From Rubripirellula sp. (lineage in GTDB: Bacteria > Planctomycetota > Planctomycetia > Pirellulales > Pirellulaceae), in the NCBI GenBank assembly GCA_965216875.1, contig OZ244207.1:8032001-8096000 (forward strand): a stretch of DNA of 64,000 nt, written 5' to 3'. The translations under genes and the position numbers were made by a program. This document shows, in pieces, positions 58,268 through 64,000 of the stretch. The notes beneath the pieces were generated by a model, which ran no database searches, was not told where the DNA came from, and saw only the letters and a program-made list of their open reading frames with translations. Position 1 is the first letter of the stretch, and each line of letters begins with the position of its first letter.

Positions 58268-60948
58268 TGTGCTTCCTCCGGTTGTTCGACGTCCTCATCC
58301 GAGGAGGCTTGTTTCGTCGCCGTCTCGGGTTCGGGCGCTTCATCACTTGCCGCTTCATCTTCGACGTCAGTTTCCGAGGACTGGGCCTCGATGGTAAGCA
58401 GCAAACGCAATGCGTCTCGGTAACGCGGGGCGACTTCGAGCGCATTGAGGACATGTTGTTTGGCGAGGTCGACGTTGCCAAGTTCCGATTGTGCTTGTGC
58501 GATTCGAAATTCGATGGCCGCGGGGTCGACCGGATCCATCGCCGCCATCGATTGCAGGGACCGCACGGCTGGTTCGTGTTGGCCCATCGCGCTGGCCGCG
58601 CTCGCGAATGCTTGGTGGCCGTCAGGGAGCAGCGGTTGAATGGCGAGGTATTTCTCGGCGTACTCCAACGTCTTTTCCCAGTTCTCTTCCTCGACCGACA
58701 ATTCGATCAAGCGACGTAGTGTTGGCAATGGATCGCTGGAAAGGGTTGCGATGCGATCAAGGGTGTCACGCTCCGCTTTGGTGTCGTCGAGGTTTCGATA
58801 GACAACCGCGAGCATCTCGAGTGGGCCACCACGCACGCCGGTTACCGCATCGAGTTGGACGAGTGCTTCAAGATGTGGTTTCGCGAGGTCGAATTGCTCG
58901 GCGGTAATGAAGGCGTCGGCGAGACCGCGAAGACCCCAGTAGTTGGTCGGATGATTCTTGACCCACTCGACAAGCTCTTGTGGTTTCGGTTGCTCGGGAA
59001 GTTCGTCTCGGGACCAGTCGGCTTTCGGTGCAAAGTCATCGGCAACTTTGCGGGCATAGTCTTTGAACTGGCTGTCGAGTTTATCCACCGAGCCAACGTT
59101 CTTTGCCAATGCATCGTTGATGGCAAGCCCATCGCCGAGGTCAACAAGGATCTGTTTCAACGCATCCATGCCGTACTTGTCAACGATGAATTCGACGACC
59201 AACGACGACTCGTAGTAAGCGAACTGAAGATGAATCGGCGAAGGCGGATTCATGAACGCGCCACTGAGTTGACTTACGGGTGGCAGGTCGTCGGCCAGCA
59301 ACATCTCGCGATAACGGGGCGTCATCTTCTCGCCCCACGACGCGTCCCGTTGGCGTTCTTCGTAAACGGAGATGCCCTCACTAAGCCAACGTGGCATTCG
59401 GTTGCGCGTCTTTTCGAGCGTGACGACGTGACAGAATTCGTGCCACAACACGCTTTTCCAATTTGCCGGACGCTCACCCTGTGATGCCGGACTGTTGGCG
59501 GTGATCACGCGTCCGAAACAAACACCGAGGTAGCCTGCTCCGCCCGGCAGACCGAAGGTGCGAATGGCAAAGTCCTTTTGCTGAGGGAAGATCTCGACGA
59601 CGATCGGTTCGGTCGGCTGCATGTCGTACTTGGTACACAGGACCTGTTTGGCTTCGGTGAGAAGATCGAGGACATCCTGTCCGTAGATTTCTGCCTCGAC
59701 CGATTCCATTCGAACAAGGATGTCATCCTGCTCGAGAAGTTTGAACTTTGCGACACGATCTCGAAGCGTTGCCAAGTTGTGGGCAACCACGTTGTAGGGG
59801 TCTTCATCGGCCACCGTGCTGGCAAGTTGCCAACCGACGGTGTCATGGCCGAGACGCAACAGGTCTTGAGCAAGCTCGAAGCGTGCGGGAGTGAAACTGG
59901 GGTCGAGTTCAAGTGCCTTGCGTTGGTACTCGGCGGCTTGTGCGAAACGGTATTTTCGCGAGAGCTTTTTGCCAATCAGGTGATCGACCTGCGGGTTATC
60001 ACTCCAGGTGCTTAGTGCAGCGGCCCGCATGAGTTTTTCGATTTCGTATTTGCCACGCAGGTGTGCGAGGACGGCGAGCAGTGCCCAAGCGTTTTGATCG
60101 TGGGCGTTGATCGTCAAAATGTGATCGATTTTCTCTTCGGCGTCATCGTACGCTTCCCGGTCGATTAACGTTTCCGCTTGCAGCAGCAGACTCGGGATGT
60201 GGTTTGGATTGATCGAAAGTGCGTGATTGAGAGCGGCGGTTGCTTTCTCGGAATCCGAAGGTTGCCAGGCACGCGCTAGCAGGTAGGAAATGCGAGCGTC
60301 ATTAGGATCGGTTTGCTGTGCGTCTTGCAGCGTGTCGGCTGCGACTTTGAAGTCGCCCTTGTCGAGTGCCAGTTCGGCCGTTGATAGATAGGCTTGAATG
60401 AATGTCGGATCGGCATTGCGAACGCGATCAAAGAAGAGGTTCAAGACTTTCTTGGCGTCTTCACCCTTACTGGCAAAATAGCGACCCGCTGCGATCAGGT
60501 TGTCTCGGCTTGCGAATCGACTGGTTGAACTTTGCAGCAGCAGAAAGAACTGGCGATCGGCTTCGGCAGCTTCCTCGGGAAGGTTGTTGTGCCGCAGGAC
60601 GTCGATTCCCTGGAGTCGCAGCGTCAAGCTCATCGGGTAACGCCCGATCGCGTCGAGATACGTTTTCTTGGCGTCGGCGTATTGGCCGGTTGCCATTTGG
60701 CATTTGATTAAGAGCCTCGGCCAACGCTCATTCCAAATCCCTTCTTCCACTTGGCTGGCAGCGACTTCGGTCGCTTCGTCGTATTTGCCAGTTAGAAACT
60801 TGCTCTCGGTGTCTCGAAAGTCGGCGGCATGAATGGGGGAATTGCCAACCATCACAGCAAGGATGGTTAACAACCCACCGAGTGCCCAACAGCGCAAAGG
60901 GAGAGCGACGAACAGAGGAGTGCGTGGGGCCAAAGGCGGGAGCTCCAA
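58264..60948 (-). CDS. TPR protein with zincin (peptidase MA-like) domain
   Basis: Multiple TPRs; LWHEFCHV...PRWLSEGISVYEE. Confidence 0.82.
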   Translation of the reverse strand: MELPPLAPRTPLFVALPLRCWALGGLLTILAVMVGNSPIHAADFRDTESKFLTGKYDEATEVAASQVEEGIWNERWPRLLIKCQMATGQYADAKKTYLDAIGRYPMSLTLRLQGIDVLRHNNLPEEAAEADRQFFLLLQSSTSRFASRDNLIAAGRYFASKGEDAKKVLNLFFDRVRNADPTFIQAYLSTAELALDKGDFKVAADTLQDAQQTDPNDARISYLLARAWQPSDSEKATAALNHALSINPNHIPSLLLQAETLIDREAYDDAEEKIDHILTINAHDQNAWALLAVLAHLRGKYEIEKLMRAAALSTWSDNPQVDHLIGKKLSRKYRFAQAAEYQRKALELDPSFTPARFELAQDLLRLGHDTVGWQLASTVADEDPYNVVAHNLATLRDRVAKFKLLEQDDILVRMESVEAEIYGQDVLDLLTEAKQVLCTKYDMQPTEPIVVEIFPQQKDFAIRTFGLPGGAGYLGVCFGRVITANSPASQGERPANWKSVLWHEFCHVVTLEKTRNRMPRWLSEGISVYEERQRDASWGEKMTPRYREMLLADDLPPVSQLSGAFMNPPSPIHLQFAYYESSLVVEFIVDKYGMDALKQILVDLGDGLAINDALAKNVGSVDKLDSQFKDYARKVADDFAPKADWSRDELPEQPKPQELVEWVKNHPTNYWGLRGLADAFITAEQFDLAKPHLEALVQLDAVTGVRGGPLEMLAVVYRNLDDTKAERDTLDRIATLSSDPLPTLRRLIELSVEEENWEKTLEYAEKYLAIQPLLPDGHQAFASAASAMGQHEPAVRSLQSMAAMDPVDPAAIEFRIAQAQSELGNVDLAKQHVLNALEVAPRYRDALRLLLTIEAQSSETDVEDEAASDEAPEPETATKQASSDEDVEQPEEAQ

Positions 60949-61213
60949 CGGGAACCGAAGCTAGAAACCCTATTCTAGCGTGGGCGTCCACTAGCGTGGG
61001 GCACACCAGCACGACACCGAATGCAGGATTCAACCGCATCGAAGTCGTAGAGTTCCGCAAAAGAACGCGAAACCGGCGATCAATCGCGGATTTGCCCGCT
61101 GGCGATTCATGAAATGTTTGGTGCCCAACGGGACGTGGATCAGAGCGTAAACTGGTGCGCTGTGAGCAAATTTGTACCATTTCGTAATGCGACATACTTA
61201 AGGCACCAGTGAC

Positions 61214-62281
61214 GTGACAATCAATCTCGTGCGACGCCAATGCGTTGCAGCTTTCGTTTTGTGTGCGACCGTGATGGCTCAGCTGAATTCGCCTATCGAT
61301 GCCCAGGAACCCAACGCGGCGGAGGAAAAAACGTTGCGTATTGGGATCATTGGTTTGGACACTTCGCATGTTCCGGCATTCACCGGAGCGTTCAATCAAC
61401 AGCCGCCCGATCCGACCATGCAAAACTGCCAAGTGGTTGCAGCCTACCCACACGGCAGCCCTGACATCGAATCGAGCACCAGTCGCATTCCCAAGTACAC
61501 CGCCGAGGTGAAAGAGAAATGGGGATTGGAAATCGCCGATTCGATCCCAGAACTGCTTGACGATGTCGATTGCATTTTGCTTGAAACTAATGATGGCCGT
61601 CCGCACTTGGAACAGGCGCTGCAGGTTTTCGAAGCGGGCAAACCGGCCTTTGTCGACAAGCCAACCGGATCGAACCTTGCCGAGGTTGTCGCGATCTTTC
61701 GAGCAGCGAAGCACTACAACGTGCCGATGTTTTCCAGTTCTTCGCTGCGTTACAGCGAGGGGGCACAGGCCATCCGAAATGGCAAGGTTGGACGCGTTCT
61801 CGGTTGCGACGCTTACAGTCCCTGTTCGCTCGAGAAGACGCATGTCGATTTGTTTTGGTATGGCATCCACGGTGTCGAGTCGTTGATGACGTGTATGGGC
61901 ACCGGATGCGAAAGTGTCACGCGGACGTCGACCGATGACTTTGAACTCGTGGTTGGAAAGTGGTCGGACGGGCGTCTGGGAACCTTCCGTGGTTTACGTG
62001 ACGGGAAAAAGGGGTACGGTGGCACGGCATTTGGTGAAAAAGGGATCGAGCCGATCGGCCCCTATGGTGGCTACAAGCCGTTGGTTCAACAGATCGCGAC
62101 CTTTTTCCGAACGCGAGTTGTCCCTATCGAACCGAAGGAAACCATTGAGTTGTACGCATTCATGCAAGCCGCACAGGTCAGCAAAGAACGCGGCGGTGTG
62201 CCGGTGACCATCGCAGAAGTAATGAAGCAAGCCGAGGCCGAGGCGACAAAGCTGCTCGAAGGCAAGTTGAAAGGACGCTAA
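61214..62281 (+). CDS. Gfo/Idh/MocA oxidoreductase with signal peptide
   Basis: IGIIGLDTSH, FVDKP, WYGIHGVE. Confidence 0.88.
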   Translation: MTINLVRRQCVAAFVLCATVMAQLNSPIDAQEPNAAEEKTLRIGIIGLDTSHVPAFTGAFNQQPPDPTMQNCQVVAAYPHGSPDIESSTSRIPKYTAEVKEKWGLEIADSIPELLDDVDCILLETNDGRPHLEQALQVFEAGKPAFVDKPTGSNLAEVVAIFRAAKHYNVPMFSSSSLRYSEGAQAIRNGKVGRVLGCDAYSPCSLEKTHVDLFWYGIHGVESLMTCMGTGCESVTRTSTDDFELVVGKWSDGRLGTFRGLRDGKKGYGGTAFGEKGIEPIGPYGGYKPLVQQIATFFRTRVVPIEPKETIELYAFMQAAQVSKERGGVPVTIAEVMKQAEAEATKLLEGKLKGR

Positions 62282-62805
62282 TGAAAGGGCTTCGACGAAT
62301 TTATGCACGCGGAGTTTTCTATCCGACGCTGGCTTGGAACTACACGCTTGGACGGATCCTTAAAGTTCGCAATTGGTGGGACCGTGTTGATCCGCAGGTG
62401 ATCGTTGGTGCCTACCCGTTCGCGCGAGACGCTCAGGGCCTTTACGACGCGGGCGTTCGCGCTGTGGTCAACACTTGCGAAGAGTACGAAGGGCCACAGG
62501 AAGAGTACGAGCGATTGGGAATCGAACAGCTCAGGATTCCAACGACCGACTTTACCCACCCACGGTTGGAAGACGTTGCTGCTGCGGTCGAGTTCATCCA
62601 ACGGCACGTCGACGAAGGCCACACGGTCTACATCCATTGCAAAGCGGGCCGAGCGCGAAGTGCCACCGTTGCCCTCTGTTGGCTGATGAAGTACCGCGCG
62701 ATGACGATGGATGAAGGTCAAGCAAAACTGCTCGAGAAGCGGCCGCACGTGAACCCGCGACTGACTCAGCGCGAAGTGGTGCAGGACTACGCGGAAAGCT
62801 TGTAG
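62281..62805 (+). CDS. Dual-specificity phosphatase, PTPMT1-like phosphatidylglycerophosphatase
   Basis: YARGVFYPTL N-terminus, HCKAGRARSAT active site. Confidence 0.85.
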   Translation: MKGLRRIYARGVFYPTLAWNYTLGRILKVRNWWDRVDPQVIVGAYPFARDAQGLYDAGVRAVVNTCEEYEGPQEEYERLGIEQLRIPTTDFTHPRLEDVAAAVEFIQRHVDEGHTVYIHCKAGRARSATVALCWLMKYRAMTMDEGQAKLLEKRPHVNPRLTQREVVQDYAESL

Positions 62806-63003
62806 GTGACACAACGTTCGTTGTGTCTAGGCTCCGGGCCCCAGGCTCTAGGCGGACGGGCTTTGGGTGGACGGGTGAAGATACTGGCTGAAGTTCGGTT
62901 CGGCGAACCGGCCTGTGGCGACGAAGTTCCGTTGGGAGTAAAACAAGTACTCGGGCAGAGTCTTTTCGAAAAACTATCTTTTCACCAGGCCTAGGGGCAG
63001 ACA

Positions 63004-64000
63004 ATGGATGGTGGTCGCAAGTTGTTGGCGTCGGCCGATGCGCGTGACGAGAGTTTGGCGTCTGTGTTGCAACTTGCGATGTTGCCAGGAATCGGACCGC
63101 GAACTCTCACTGCATTGCTCAGTGCATTCGGGGACGCACCTTCGGTGTTGCAATCCGATGCCCAGCAATTGCAACAGGTTAGCGGCGTCGGAGCGAAACT
63201 CGCTCACGTGATCACCACGGCGGCCCATCACGTGGATGTCGCGGAAGTGATCGACTGGTGCGACAAGCATGACGTTGAGATTGTCGCGCAAGGATCGCCG
63301 CACTATCCGGCTGGGCTCGCCGATTTGGTCGACGCGCCGCCCGTGCTTTTTGTTCGTGGTCGCTGGCGGCCGGAAGATCAATTGTGCGTGGCCATCGTTG
63401 GTACGCGGCATGCGACCTCCTACGGATTGAAGCAAGCCGAACGGTTTGGCTATAGCCTGGCAAAAGCAGGCGTGACGGTCGTCAGCGGCTTGGCTCGCGG
63501 GATCGACGCGGCGGCACACAACGCATCGATTGATGCGGGCGGTCGAACGATCGCCGTGCTTGGAAGCGGCTTGGCGCATCTGTACCCGCCTGAACACGCT
63601 GGATTGGCTGACGCGATCGCCGCTGATGGTGCAGTCATCAGCGAGTTCTCGCCGCTGGCCAAGCCGCGCAGTGGCATGTTTCCGCAACGCAATCGATTGA
63701 TCGCTTCGCTTTCGTTGGCGACCTTAGTTGTCGAGGCACCTGACCGCAGCGGCGCATTGATCACCGCGCGTTTGGCGGGCGAGCAGAACCGAGACGTGCT
63801 TGCTGTGCCTGGTGCCGTCACCAGCCGTGCGTCGCAAGGTTGCAACCAATTGATTCGCGATGGTGCGACGCTCGTCCGCTCGGTCGATGATGTTCTCGAA
63901 GCACTCGGGCCGCTCAGCGAACCGGTGGTGACCGATGATGGACACCAGGTTCACAGTCCGGCAGAGCTGCGTTTGAACGAATTGGAACGCAAGGTGCTCG
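63004..64000 (+). CDS. dprA: DNA-processing protein DprA (runs off the window end)
   Basis: Translated by hand, absent from the ORF track: LPGIGPRT, VAIVGTR, VSGLARGIDAAAH, FPQRNRLI, VVEA..RSGALITA. Confidence 0.92.
   Translation, partial: MDGGRKLLASADARDESLASVLQLAMLPGIGPRTLTALLSAFGDAPSVLQSDAQQLQQVSGVGAKLAHVITTAAHHVDVAEVIDWCDKHDVEIVAQGSPHYPAGLADLVDAPPVLFVRGRWRPEDQLCVAIVGTRHATSYGLKQAERFGYSLAKAGVTVVSGLARGIDAAAHNASIDAGGRTIAVLGSGLAHLYPPEHAGLADAIAADGAVISEFSPLAKPRSGMFPQRNRLIASLSLATLVVEAPDRSGALITARLAGEQNRDVLAVPGAVTSRASQGCNQLIRDGATLVRSVDDVLEALGPLSEPVVTDDGHQVHSPAELRLNELERKVL

Noticed and set aside
60728..61870. 380-aa minus-strand ORF
   Set aside because: Antisense to the oxidoreductase and out of frame with the TPR gene; no motifs.

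Overview
GC-rich bacterial chromosome segment, most likely a Planctomycete (Pirellulaceae-like). This rests on the planctomycete-type LERLESRSLLA export motif, a kinase-FGE fusion, a MoxR/vWA/DUF58/BatA operon and a PTPMT1-like phosphatase. Most of the window is core or conserved genes. The unusual part is ~12.9-31.3 kb, a variable locus between a glycosyltransferase gene and a convergent CobW-like GTPase gene. It appears twice in tandem with different cargo. Copy 1 holds a 3982-aa Rhs/YD polymorphic toxin with a putative NADase-like tip, its immunity gene, orphan toxin/immunity modules and an HUH (Y1) transposase with inverted GGGGACAG ends. Copy 2 holds a small nucleotidyltransferase gene pair. 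A GTCCCC/GACCCC motif like the transposase ends recurs about 9-10 nt from several rearrangement junctions. A 35-bp conserved sequence follows two unrelated immunity genes. Together these suggest an HUH-nuclease-linked toxin-cassette shuffling hotspot (inference). No rRNA, tRNA or CRISPR array was recognised. All family calls come from motif recognition by eye, not database searches.
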